This document shows, piece by piece, positions 1 through 7,679 of a stretch of DNA of 32,000 nt. How positions within the stretch are numbered: the first letter of the stretch is position 1; every line of letters starts with the position of its first letter. Below the pieces are notes generated by a model. That model worked only from the letters and a program-made list of their open reading frames with translations. It had not been told where the DNA came from and searched no databases. The translations under genes were made by a program, and so were the position numbers. The stretch covers positions 1,380,001 to 1,412,000 of the forward strand of contig NC_006512.1 in NCBI RefSeq assembly GCF_000008465.1, in the 5' to 3' direction. This DNA comes from Idiomarina loihiensis L2TR. Lineage in GTDB: Bacteria; Pseudomonadota; Gammaproteobacteria; Enterobacterales; Alteromonadaceae.

Positions 1-1550
1 GGCAAGTCAATACACGCATTGAACAGGTTTTGACTCAGCTGCAATTACCCGCAGATGAAACCATGGCCGCACTTTCCGGCGGTTGGTTGCGTCGCGTGGC
101 GCTAGCTCGGGCGTTGGTTGTTGATCCGGACATCTTACTGCTGGATGAGCCGACCAACCACTTGGATATTGAAATGGTGCGTTGGCTGGAAGAGCAAATC
201 GTTAACTTCTCCGGGGCTGTGTTATTTATCAGTCACGACCGGGCGTTTATCCGCCGTTTGGCTACACGAATTATCGATTTAGACCGCGGACATTTAACCA
301 GTTACCCGGGCAGCTACGATACCTACCTGCAGAAAAAACAGGAAGCACTGGAAGTTGAAGCAAACCACAACGCTGAGTTTGATAAAAAGCTGGCAGCTGA
401 AGAGACCTGGATACGCCAGGGCGTTAAGGCTCGCCGTACTCGTAACGAAGGGCGGGTACGTGCACTTCAGGATCTGCGGAAGCAACGTCAGCAAAGACGC
501 GAACTTCAGGGTAAGGCAAATCTGGCAGTGAACGAATCCTCACGTTCCGGTAAAAAGGTCTTTGAAGGCGAAAATATGGCTTTGCGTTTTGGCGACAAGC
601 CTATTATTAATGACCTGGATCTTTTGTTGATGCGCGGCGACAAAGTGGCGTTTGTCGGGCCTAATGGTTGTGGTAAAAGTACGCTGATTAAAGTTATTTT
701 AGGCATGCAGGAAGTGGACAGCGGTAAAGTTCAGCTAGGCACTAATCTGGAAGTCGCTTACTTTGATCAACACCGGGCGCAGCTTGACCCTGAACAAACC
801 GTTATGGACAACGTTGGTGACGGCAAGCAGGACATAGAGTTTCAGGGCCGCAGCCGACATATTTTAAGTTACCTGCAGGATTTTCTCTTTTCACCGAAAC
901 AGTCACGAACCCCTGTTCGGGCGCTTTCCGGTGGAGAAAGGAACCGGGCGTTGTTAGCGAAAATACTGCTGAAACCCAGTAATATTCTAGTACTCGATGA
1001 GCCGACTAACGACCTGGATATTGAAACCTTAGAACTGCTCGAGCAAATTGTTGCGAATTATCAGGGTACGGTTCTGCTGGTCAGTCACGACAGGGAATTT
1101 GTAGACAACACAGCAACCAGCGTGCTGTATTTTGAAGGTGAGGGCGTTATTACTGAAATTATTGGTGGTTTTACCGAACTAAACCACTATTTAGCGGCAA
1201 AAGCTGAAAATTCATTTCATAGCAACGGAACCAAAGCGGCAGCTAAAGAGTCTGACAGCAACAAAAGTTCGCAAAGTAAGGGAAAAACCGCAGACAAAGG
1301 TTCAGACAAGCCGCGGAAGAAGTTATCCTATAAATTGCAACGCGAATTAGAGCAGTTACCCAAAGTTATTGCAGAAAAAGAAGCAAAACTTGAAGAATTA
1401 CAACAGTTAATGAATGAACCGGGGTTCTTCGAACAGCCATTAGAAAAAACCGAACCAGTCATGACTCAAATTGCCGAAATTGAAGGGCAGTTGATGCAGG
1501 ATCTGGAGCGCTGGGAAGAACTGGAAAACTTATCAGAACAGAGTAGTTAG
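1..1550 (+). CDS. uup: ABC-F family ATPase Uup, 5'-truncated by the window edge
   Basis: The frame is open from nt 3 (QVNTRIEQV...), so the TTG at 30 is not the true start. The translation shows ABC signatures LSGGW and LSGGE, Walker B LLLDEPTNHLD and LVLDEPTNDLD, a second Walker A GPNGCGKST, and a K/E-rich coiled-coil tail. The uup...rmf-fabA-ycbZ neighbourhood matches E. coli. Confidence 0.9.
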   Translation, partial: QVNTRIEQVLTQLQLPADETMAALSGGWLRRVALARALVVDPDILLLDEPTNHLDIEMVRWLEEQIVNFSGAVLFISHDRAFIRRLATRIIDLDRGHLTSYPGSYDTYLQKKQEALEVEANHNAEFDKKLAAEETWIRQGVKARRTRNEGRVRALQDLRKQRQQRRELQGKANLAVNESSRSGKKVFEGENMALRFGDKPIINDLDLLLMRGDKVAFVGPNGCGKSTLIKVILGMQEVDSGKVQLGTNLEVAYFDQHRAQLDPEQTVMDNVGDGKQDIEFQGRSRHILSYLQDFLFSPKQSRTPVRALSGGERNRALLAKILLKPSNILVLDEPTNDLDIETLELLEQIVANYQGTVLLVSHDREFVDNTATSVLYFEGEGVITEIIGGFTELNHYLAAKAENSFHSNGTKAAAKESDSNKSSQSKGKTADKGSDKPRKKLSYKLQRELEQLPKVIAEKEAKLEELQQLMNEPGFFEQPLEKTEPVMTQIAEIEGQLMQDLERWEELENLSEQSS

Positions 1551-1553
1551 TTA

Positions 1554-3299
1554 ATGAAATCATTTACGTTGAAGTCACTTACCGTAGCAATTGTTTCAAC
1601 AGTCTCTTTTGCATCTGCAGCAGACACTTATAATATTGAAACAATTGAAACTTTGAATAATTATCGAAGCAGTATCCCGCAAAGTATTAACGCAAGTGGG
1701 CAAATTGTTGGTGTTGCACGTTTTCCCGAAAATGTCGAAATTGATTTTTCTAAAGTTCCTTCGCGACTACTCGCGCAGATAGGTTTTGATCCCGAAGAAG
1801 ATGAAGAACTGACTATTGCTCAGTATCAGGCAATTGTAGAAAACCTGGGAAACTATGCAAATAGCAGCCTTCAGACTCAGCGTATTGGATTGAACCAGGC
1901 TTTTATTTATAACGGGACTAGCAGTGAAGTTAACGCGGTATCAGCAACTGCGGATCAACTCGCTAATAGCGTCGACAGCTTCTTATACTCTATCAATAAT
2001 GCCAATACAGCGGTTGGTGTTACTAGTGCACCGTTTGAGCTTATTGAACATCAATATACCAATGCCGACGACGAAACTGAGACTGCAGAGTACTTCGTAT
2101 CAGACTTTCTAAGTCGCGGAATGTGGTACAACAACGGCGAATCCAGTGTCGTTGAACCTCAAGCTCAGGATTACCTGGGGGGCGAAAGTGCCATTTTTGA
2201 TATCAACGATAGTGGACTTGCTGCCGGTTATGAAAGCATTGGTTTAAGTCCTGCTGCGACGACTCGAATTGAAGAGAGCTGCGAAGACCCTGAAGTTGCC
2301 AGTGCATCACAGCCCCTGGAGGTTTGTGTATGGGGCATTTGGAGGGGCTTGCAAAATGCCGATGCGTCGAATATCGCGGCCTTTAATAATAGCCGTTATC
2401 GCTATAGTCGTCCGCGTTCAGGTTATAATGCGGGTCGTTCTATCTATGACATTCGCGGAAAGTTATGGCAGTTTGACGCCAGTGGTGAAGTCATTAGCCA
2501 AGTTGAATTACCAACTTTGGTAGAAAGAAGAAGTGACGATGAAAATGACTTTTCAAGCTACGCTTACGCCGTTAATAATAATGACATAGCGGTAGGGCAA
2601 AGCTGGACTTATCATCCTGATCGCGGTGCTATTCGCATGCCGGCAATTTTCCAGAATCAAGAGGCGCTGCCTGTAACTGAAGACCCGGTTTATTTGTGGG
2701 GCTCAGCAACAGACATCAACGACTCGAATATTGCTGTCGGACATTTAACCAAACGTCCCGCAGGAACGTTGCGAAGCTACGGCTTCTATTACGATGTTGA
2801 TGCGAGTGAATTGACGATTCTTGACAGTTTCTTTAATGGCGCATCGACTGTCATCCGCAGTATCAATGATAACGGCGAAATGGTCGGTACAGCAGAGGTT
2901 GACCCTACATTGTCTCAGGTTCGTGCTCGTGCTGGTTTCTACTATGATATGAGTGCAGAAGCCCCACAAATTATCAACCTGAACAATACCATTAGCTGTG
3001 ACAGTGAATACAATATTGTTGATGCCAATGATATTACCGAAAACGGTGAGATTATTGCTACAGCGCTCAAAACTGAAGAGTATACAGACGAAGAAGGGGA
3101 AACCCGGACCCGTGAAATTCTTGTCAATATAAAGCTCGATCCTATTGAAGGCGAACTTAATAACTGTACTGACAATGAAGAACCTGTAGAGCGTCAGGGC
3201 GCAGCTGTCGGGCTTGGCTCGCTACTTGGATTTGGCGCCTTAGGTTTGCTTATTACCGGAATAAGAAGAAGAACCTTCCTTAAGACCAAAAAATCATAA
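1554..3299 (+). CDS. Secreted repeat protein, DUF3466/HAF-repeat-like, with a C-terminal TM plus basic sorting-like tail
   Basis: The ATG lies 3 nt after the uup stop. There is an N-terminal signal peptide (MKSFTLKSLTVAIVSTVSFASA|AD). Seven copies of an I-N-(D/N)-x-(G/N)-x-x-V-G motif are present: INASGQIVG, INNANTAVG, INDSGLAAG, VNNNDIAVG, INDSNIAVG, INDNGEMVG, ITENGEIIA. The C-terminus is GAAVGLGSLLGFGALGLLITGIRRRTFLKTKKS. The family name is from memory of DUF3466 and TIGR02913-type repeats. Confidence 0.85.
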   Translation: MKSFTLKSLTVAIVSTVSFASAADTYNIETIETLNNYRSSIPQSINASGQIVGVARFPENVEIDFSKVPSRLLAQIGFDPEEDEELTIAQYQAIVENLGNYANSSLQTQRIGLNQAFIYNGTSSEVNAVSATADQLANSVDSFLYSINNANTAVGVTSAPFELIEHQYTNADDETETAEYFVSDFLSRGMWYNNGESSVVEPQAQDYLGGESAIFDINDSGLAAGYESIGLSPAATTRIEESCEDPEVASASQPLEVCVWGIWRGLQNADASNIAAFNNSRYRYSRPRSGYNAGRSIYDIRGKLWQFDASGEVISQVELPTLVERRSDDENDFSSYAYAVNNNDIAVGQSWTYHPDRGAIRMPAIFQNQEALPVTEDPVYLWGSATDINDSNIAVGHLTKRPAGTLRSYGFYYDVDASELTILDSFFNGASTVIRSINDNGEMVGTAEVDPTLSQVRARAGFYYDMSAEAPQIINLNNTISCDSEYNIVDANDITENGEIIATALKTEEYTDEEGETRTREILVNIKLDPIEGELNNCTDNEEPVERQGAAVGLGSLLGFGALGLLITGIRRRTFLKTKKS

Positions 3300-3317
3300 T
3301 AGGTCTTAAAATAAAAA

Positions 3318-3370
3318 GTAGCACAGTTTCAATCCGTTAAAAAAAATCAATGGATACTGTGCTGCTTTTA
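3318..3370 (+). terminator. Probable intrinsic terminator after the DUF3466-like gene
   Basis: Outer stem gtagcacagt/actgtgctgc is 10 bp with one G-U. Inner stem atccgtt/aatggat is 7 bp with one G-U. The loop is A-rich and the hairpin is followed by TTTTA. Confidence 0.5.
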
Positions 3371-3473
3371 CAATTGAACTCTCACCAAATAAGTCTATCA
3401 ATAGTAATGAGGCAGCAAAAATGTCTCAACTCTCTAAATAATAATCTGTGAATAACAGGCGAGGGATAGATTT

Positions 3474-3650
3474 ATGAAAAGACAAAAGCGCGATCGCTTT
3501 GAAAGAGCACATACTCAAGGCTTTAAAGCTGGTTTGCATGGTCGCTCAAAAGACAACTGTCCTTATCAAACCCAGGATGATTTTCGTTCCCACTGGCTGG
3601 GAGGTTGGCGAGATGCAATGGAAGCCCGAAATACCGGCCTATTCCGCTGA
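3474..3650 (+). CDS. rmf: Ribosome modulation factor
   Basis: This 58-aa ORF is below the ORF-track cutoff. Its translation, MKRQKRDRFERAHTQGFKAGLHGRSKDNCPYQTQDDFRSHWLGGWRDAMEARNTGLFR, closely resembles E. coli RMF (MKRQKRDRLERAH...CPYQ...WLGGWREA). An SD (GAGGGA) lies upstream, and the gene sits beside fabA as in E. coli. Confidence 0.92.
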   Translation: MKRQKRDRFERAHTQGFKAGLHGRSKDNCPYQTQDDFRSHWLGGWRDAMEARNTGLFR

Positions 3651-3677
3651 TTGTCAGAGACATTAAAGGTTAGACGA

Positions 3678-3709
3678 AACGCCGATAGCGAAAGCATCGG
3701 CGTTTTTTT
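3678..3709. terminator. Bidirectional intrinsic terminator between convergent rmf and fabA
   Basis: Perfect 9-bp stem aacgccgat/atcggcgtt with a 9-nt loop. It is followed by TTTTTT on the + strand and preceded by an A-rich stretch that serves the - strand. Confidence 0.75.
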
Positions 3710-3723
3710 AATTCAAAGAGGGG

Positions 3724-4236
3724 CTAAAAAGTAGAGGTGTCGGTAAACAAGCCAACTTTTAAGTCTTTGGCTGTGTAAATTTCGCGACCATCAACTTCGA
3801 CACGACCATTTCCTACGCCCATAAATAATTTGCGCTTAATAACTCGTGTCATATCAATAAAGTAACTGACTTTTTTGTGTTCCGGCAGAATTTGCCCGGT
3901 GAATTTAACTTCACCAACACCTAGTGCACGCCCGCGCCCCGGGCCACCAGACCACGCCAGGTGAAAACCAAGCAACTGCCACATAGCATCAAGACCCAAA
4001 CAGCCAGGCATTACCGGGTCACCTTTAAAGTGACAGTCAAAGAACCAAAGGTCAGGGTTAATATCGAGCTCGGCATGGATAAAACCTTTTCCGGCCGATC
4101 CACCGTCTTCGTTAATTTCAATGATGCGATCCATCATTAACATATTAGGTGCGGGCAACTTACTGTTACCAGGACCAAACATTTCCCCGCGACTGCAGGC
4201 AAGAAGTTCTTCACGAGTAAAGCTCGATTGATTCAT
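3724..4236 (-). CDS. fabA: 3-hydroxydecanoyl-ACP dehydratase/isomerase
   Basis: The 170-aa product has full-length similarity to FabA, including the active-site region [24 protein letters not shown]. It lies in the rmf-fabA-ycbZ synteny. Confidence 0.95.
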   Translation of the reverse strand: MNQSSFTREELLACSRGEMFGPGNSKLPAPNMLMMDRIIEINEDGGSAGKGFIHAELDINPDLWFFDCHFKGDPVMPGCLGLDAMWQLLGFHLAWSGGPGRGRALGVGEVKFTGQILPEHKKVSYFIDMTRVIKRKLFMGVGNGRVEVDGREIYTAKDLKVGLFTDTSTF

Positions 4237-4276
4237 AAATACCCTAATTAATTGTATAAAAAACTAAGCCGCAGTT

Positions 4277-4294
4277 TAGCGTACAACTGTACGC
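4277..4294 (-). promoter_or_regulatory. FabR-type palindromic operator upstream of fabA
   Basis: Perfect 7-bp inverted repeat GCGTACA-NN-TGTACGC (agcgtacaactgtacgcc), 42-57 nt upstream of the fabA ATG. It resembles the E. coli fabA/fabB FabR palindrome (AGCGTACA...), recalled from the literature. Confidence 0.5.
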
Positions 4295-4295
4295 C

Positions 4296-4312
4296 AGACA
4301 AATCCGACAAGT
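4296..4312 (-). promoter_or_regulatory. FadR-like site immediately upstream of the FabR palindrome
   Basis: The - strand reads cACTTGTCGGATTTGTc, about 12/16 identical to the E. coli fabA FadR site ACTGATCGGACTTGTT as I recall it. It is juxtaposed with the FabR box in the same way as in E. coli. Confidence 0.4.
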
Positions 4313-4318
4313 GCTCTA

Positions 4319-6235
4319 TTAACCAAAAAGGCGCTGCCAAAAACCACGTGGTTGATCATTATCAGAACTATCAAGCGTTCGCTCCCGAACCTTTTCGAAA
4401 AGCGTTTTAACTGACGTTTCTGTTAATAGCTCCAAAGCTTCTTCAACGTGCTCAACCGTATAAACGTGAAATTGTCCATTTTTAACGGCTTCTACAATCT
4501 CATCATTCAGATTTAATTGATGCTTATTTGACTGTGGAATGATCACGCCTTGCTCGCCATTAAGGCCCCGATGAGCACAAAGGGCGTAATAGCCTTCAAT
4601 TTTTTCATTCACCGCACCAATTGACTGAACGTTACCAAATTGGTCAACGGCTCCGGTTATTGCAAGCGATTGTTTGACGGGCTGCTCCGCTAACGCCGAA
4701 ATGAGGCAGCAAAGTTCGCCTAAAGAGGCGCTGTCACCATCTACCTCATAATACGATTGTTCAAATACCACTGTAGCTGATACCGATAGCGGCTCATGGC
4801 GGGCAAATTGATTCGCCAGATAAGCACTTAAAATCATAACTCCTTTGGTGTGAATATTGCCCGAAAGATCAGACTTACGTTCAATATCAATAATGTCGCC
4901 GTCACCATAGTGGATAGTTGCCGTAATACGGGAAGGCTCACCGAACTCACTGCCGCCCATAGTCACTACCGTCAGGCCATTTAGCTGGCCAACTGCAGAA
5001 CCATGAGTGTCAATTCGAACCTGCTGCTCGAGTATGCTGCGGCGGCTCAGTTCAGCAAGATTACCTTCACGATCCCGTTGTTGCTGCAGCGCTAAATCGA
5101 TTGCGGCCTTGTCTATCTTTGCGTGCTGATTCTGCAGCGCACAGTCGTTGGCTTCGCGAAGCAGCTGCAGTAATTGTATTGTGTTTAACGTGAGCTCTTG
5201 CTGATAATCCGTGTATCGGGCACAAACTCGTAGTAAGGCTGAGTAACCATCTGTACTTAACGGCAGCACATCGGCGAGTTGCCACACATACTGCAAGTAA
5301 TTGAAGTAGGGCGCTACCGGCTCATTTTGAGTTGCATAATGGCCGTGAAAATCAGCCAAAAACGGGAAGAAGTTATCAAAGTCTTCGTCATACTCGCGCA
5401 GCTGTGCGTATTCGTTACGTGAACCCAATAAAATAATCTTAATATTAATGGGCACAGACTCGGGTCGATAAAAGAATGCCGCGCCGGAAGTCGGTGACTG
5501 ACGCGGCCACTCAAATTCTCCACCTTCGATAACATCTTTCAGGCGTTTCCAGAGCGTGATGTTTTCAAGCAACTGAGCAACTTCAATAGCCAAAACGCCA
5601 CCGTTCGCTTTATGCAAAAGGCCGGCCTCAATCAAATGCAGCTCTGAACTTACCGTTCCTTCAACCGATTGCACACCAATGTGACCAAAGAGCCGTTCCT
5701 CAGTAACACGGTCGCAATAGTAGTAAGGGGCAGGGTGCTGATGTCCCACTAAAACAGAGGCCAGGCTCTCGCCCTGAATGTCCTCGGCCTTTTTATCCCG
5801 TATTTGTTGCATGTAGTCACGCAGCTTGTGGGTATCAAACTGTTCAATAATGGTGTTGTAAGCTTCTTCGCGCTGATCTAGCGGACGCTGCAGAAAACCC
5901 CATATCGCTTTAATTGCAGCGTCGGCGGTTCCTGAAGGCAAGTTAACGCATAGAGGACGCAGAGGATCGGACGGATTCGCCAGATACAGCCAGTCATACC
6001 AATTAGTGAACTCCCAACGACTATCTGTAAAGTAGGCATCCAGGATGTCCCGTTTTAAAAGGCCACCAGGAAATAAAGCATAAATATTAGAGTATGTACC
6101 ATGCTGACGTAACGCGTTTTTTAAGGCTGTAACAGCACGTTTTTGCCCAACTAAGGCATCTTCTTTAAGTTCCGCAGGCAGCTCTTTGAGCCACTCGCCG
6201 GTTTGTGGCTGTAGCGCCAGACAGTCTAATTTCAT
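4319..6235 (-). CDS. lonH: Lon-like protease (YcbZ/LonH family) with C-terminal S16 protease domain
   Basis: The 638-aa product has a C-terminal Lon protease domain (GEPSRITATIHYG, EQSYYEVDGDSASLGELCCLISAL, ITGAVDQFGNVQSIGAVNEKIEG) and a central HKANGGVLAIE motif like E. coli YcbZ. It is adjacent to fabA as in E. coli. Confidence 0.85.
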   Translation of the reverse strand: MKLDCLALQPQTGEWLKELPAELKEDALVGQKRAVTALKNALRQHGTYSNIYALFPGGLLKRDILDAYFTDSRWEFTNWYDWLYLANPSDPLRPLCVNLPSGTADAAIKAIWGFLQRPLDQREEAYNTIIEQFDTHKLRDYMQQIRDKKAEDIQGESLASVLVGHQHPAPYYYCDRVTEERLFGHIGVQSVEGTVSSELHLIEAGLLHKANGGVLAIEVAQLLENITLWKRLKDVIEGGEFEWPRQSPTSGAAFFYRPESVPINIKIILLGSRNEYAQLREYDEDFDNFFPFLADFHGHYATQNEPVAPYFNYLQYVWQLADVLPLSTDGYSALLRVCARYTDYQQELTLNTIQLLQLLREANDCALQNQHAKIDKAAIDLALQQQRDREGNLAELSRRSILEQQVRIDTHGSAVGQLNGLTVVTMGGSEFGEPSRITATIHYGDGDIIDIERKSDLSGNIHTKGVMILSAYLANQFARHEPLSVSATVVFEQSYYEVDGDSASLGELCCLISALAEQPVKQSLAITGAVDQFGNVQSIGAVNEKIEGYYALCAHRGLNGEQGVIIPQSNKHQLNLNDEIVEAVKNGQFHVYTVEHVEEALELLTETSVKTLFEKVRERTLDSSDNDQPRGFWQRLFG

Positions 6236-6627
6236 TAAATTGTTCTTCTCTTAACTAGCAATAACGACATGATAACAGAAATGCTGAATTGAGAGAGTTT
6301 TGCTGTGGGAAATAACGACGGCCTGAGGTAGCTTTGCCATTTTGTCACTGGAGAGAAATTTCCGTTTTGCTTCAGTTTCGGTATTTAGTTTCCATCGTTT
6401 GAAGCTGAATCTCGGTAATCAGAGGCCTAAAGGGGATGCTGGTGGTAAGGATTTAAATTTAAGCCTGTTTTGAGGGAATGCCGAAATACCGTTCTTTTTC
6501 TAACTAAATCAACTGGTAAGTTCAACTAGACTGCACACATTAATCGTTTTGATGATTACATACTGGATATGAACCGGCAAGCTCTGCGCCCGGATTATCG
6601 TATTGAGGTACTGAGTAAGCCAAACGA

Positions 6628-6921
6628 TCACGAATAGCCAACTTCCTTTTGGTGTCGCACCGCAAGGATGATCGTTTCAAAGCCATCGTAACGGTAGAGA
6701 GCAACATAACCGCTCTGGCCAAAATCAATGAGCCACTCTCTAAATTCAATGGGCATATCATCCAGCGGGCGGCCAATCTCGGGTTGGCCAGCCAAAATAA
6801 GGACGTTTTGGCGAATGCTTTTGACGGCCTTACGGGCCACTATCGGGTCTTTATCTCGTAAAAAATCATGCAGACGTTTCACGTCCGCTAAAGCGGCCGG
6901 GGACCAAATTACTTGTGACAC
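6628..6921 (-). CDS. Type II toxin, RelE/ParE family
   Basis: The 97-aa product (MSQVIWSPAALADVKRLHDFLRDKDP...GYVALYRYDGFETIILAVRHQKEVGY) has typical ParE/RelE-fold length and motifs. It overlaps the upstream RHH gene by 13 nt. Confidence 0.8.
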   Translation of the reverse strand: MSQVIWSPAALADVKRLHDFLRDKDPIVARKAVKSIRQNVLILAGQPEIGRPLDDMPIEFREWLIDFGQSGYVALYRYDGFETIILAVRHQKEVGYS

Positions 6922-7181
6922 GTCGGCAGCTCAGCATCGTCACCCGATTCAAGTTTGGCTAACCATTCATCAGCTTCCTCTGCCGTCAAATGCAAACCAT
7001 TATGCTGATAATCCTCCCAGGCGCGAAGTGCGTCCTGTTTAAACGCTTCCCGTTTTTCTTCACGTTCAACATAATCCTGGATCGCCTGACGCATGATCCA
7101 GTGTGAGGAACGGTGCCGGACGTTCGCCAGATTTTGCACGCGTTTTTTCATGTCGTCATTCAGTTTTACGGATGTTGCCAT
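6909..7181 (-). CDS. Type II antitoxin, ribbon-helix-helix (CopG/ParD-like)
   Basis: The 90-aa product has an N-terminal RHH pattern (SVKLNDDMKKRVQNLANVRHRSSHWIMRQAIQDYVERE) and an acidic C-terminal tail. A strong SD (GGGAGG) lies 7 nt upstream, and the gene precedes and overlaps the toxin gene. Confidence 0.8.
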   Translation of the reverse strand: MATSVKLNDDMKKRVQNLANVRHRSSHWIMRQAIQDYVEREEKREAFKQDALRAWEDYQHNGLHLTAEEADEWLAKLESGDDAELPTCHK

Positions 7182-7205
7182 TTCTGACCTCCCGAAGTAA
7201 TAAGG

Positions 7206-7231
7206 GGTAATACCTTTTAATACTATATTAA
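7206..7231 (-). promoter_or_regulatory. Candidate operator/promoter palindromes of the TA operon
   Basis: Two palindromes, GGTA-A-TACC (7206-7214) and TTAATA-cta-TATTAA (7217-7231), lie 25-50 nt upstream of the antitoxin ATG in an AT-rich stretch. RHH antitoxins usually autoregulate through such repeats. Confidence 0.35.
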
Positions 7232-7522
7232 AAATATCGGACTAGCCAGTGATTTTGAGCAGTAACAAATCCATTTGCTTGTGTCACTAAAGTACCGTAG
7301 AAATAATGTCAGGAGAATAAAGCGGGCCAGTATCTGGGGCTTTTAAGTTTTTCCGAGAAAGGACGCATCTTGAGCCGTTTTTAGATGGTTGTTTGTATTG
7401 TAATACGCCGGAGTATTACCGAAGAACGGCTGAAAGAAGCCCATAAACCAACTGAAGATGAGTTTTGCTCGTCTTCGGGTTTTACGCCTAAATCCTTTGT
7501 TTAAAGTCGGAATGTGGCGACC

Positions 7523-7561
7523 AAGCCCTGAGAATTTGCCAGAATTTTCGGGGCTTTTTTT
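7523..7561 (+). terminator. Strong orphan intrinsic terminator with no annotated + strand gene upstream
   Basis: Hairpin aagccctgagaattt-gcca-gaattttcggggctt has about 15 bp including G-U pairs and a GCCA tetraloop, and is followed by 7 T. The polarity fits only the + strand. Confidence 0.65.
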
Positions 7562-7679
7562 ATGGTCATTTCACAGGTCTGAAAAGCACCTGAAATTCGA
7601 TACTACTTGATTGCGTATAATGTATATTATGTTAAATCATAACTATATCAGTATAACGCTAGTACGAAGCACTTACTTT

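Noticed and set aside
3681-3688. GCCGATAG, a sigma-28 -10 look-alike downstream of rmf
   Set aside because: It forms the 5' arm of the rmf/fabA bidirectional terminator stem and has no + strand gene downstream. The match is coincidental.
6236-6627. Search for a matP remnant or other pseudogene in the lonH-toxin spacer
   Set aside because: Translating all frames by eye gave only short ORFs (for example MNRQALRPDYRIEVLSKPNDHE at 6570-6638) with no resemblance to MatP or any family I recognise. I cannot call a pseudogene without a database search.
6540-7042. ORFs 6540-6776 (-), 6649-6861 (+) and 6728-7042 (+) overlapping the TA genes
   Set aside because: They overlap the well-supported ParE-like and RHH genes in other frames or on the other strand. 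Their translations have no family resemblance, and the toxin and antitoxin frames explain the region.
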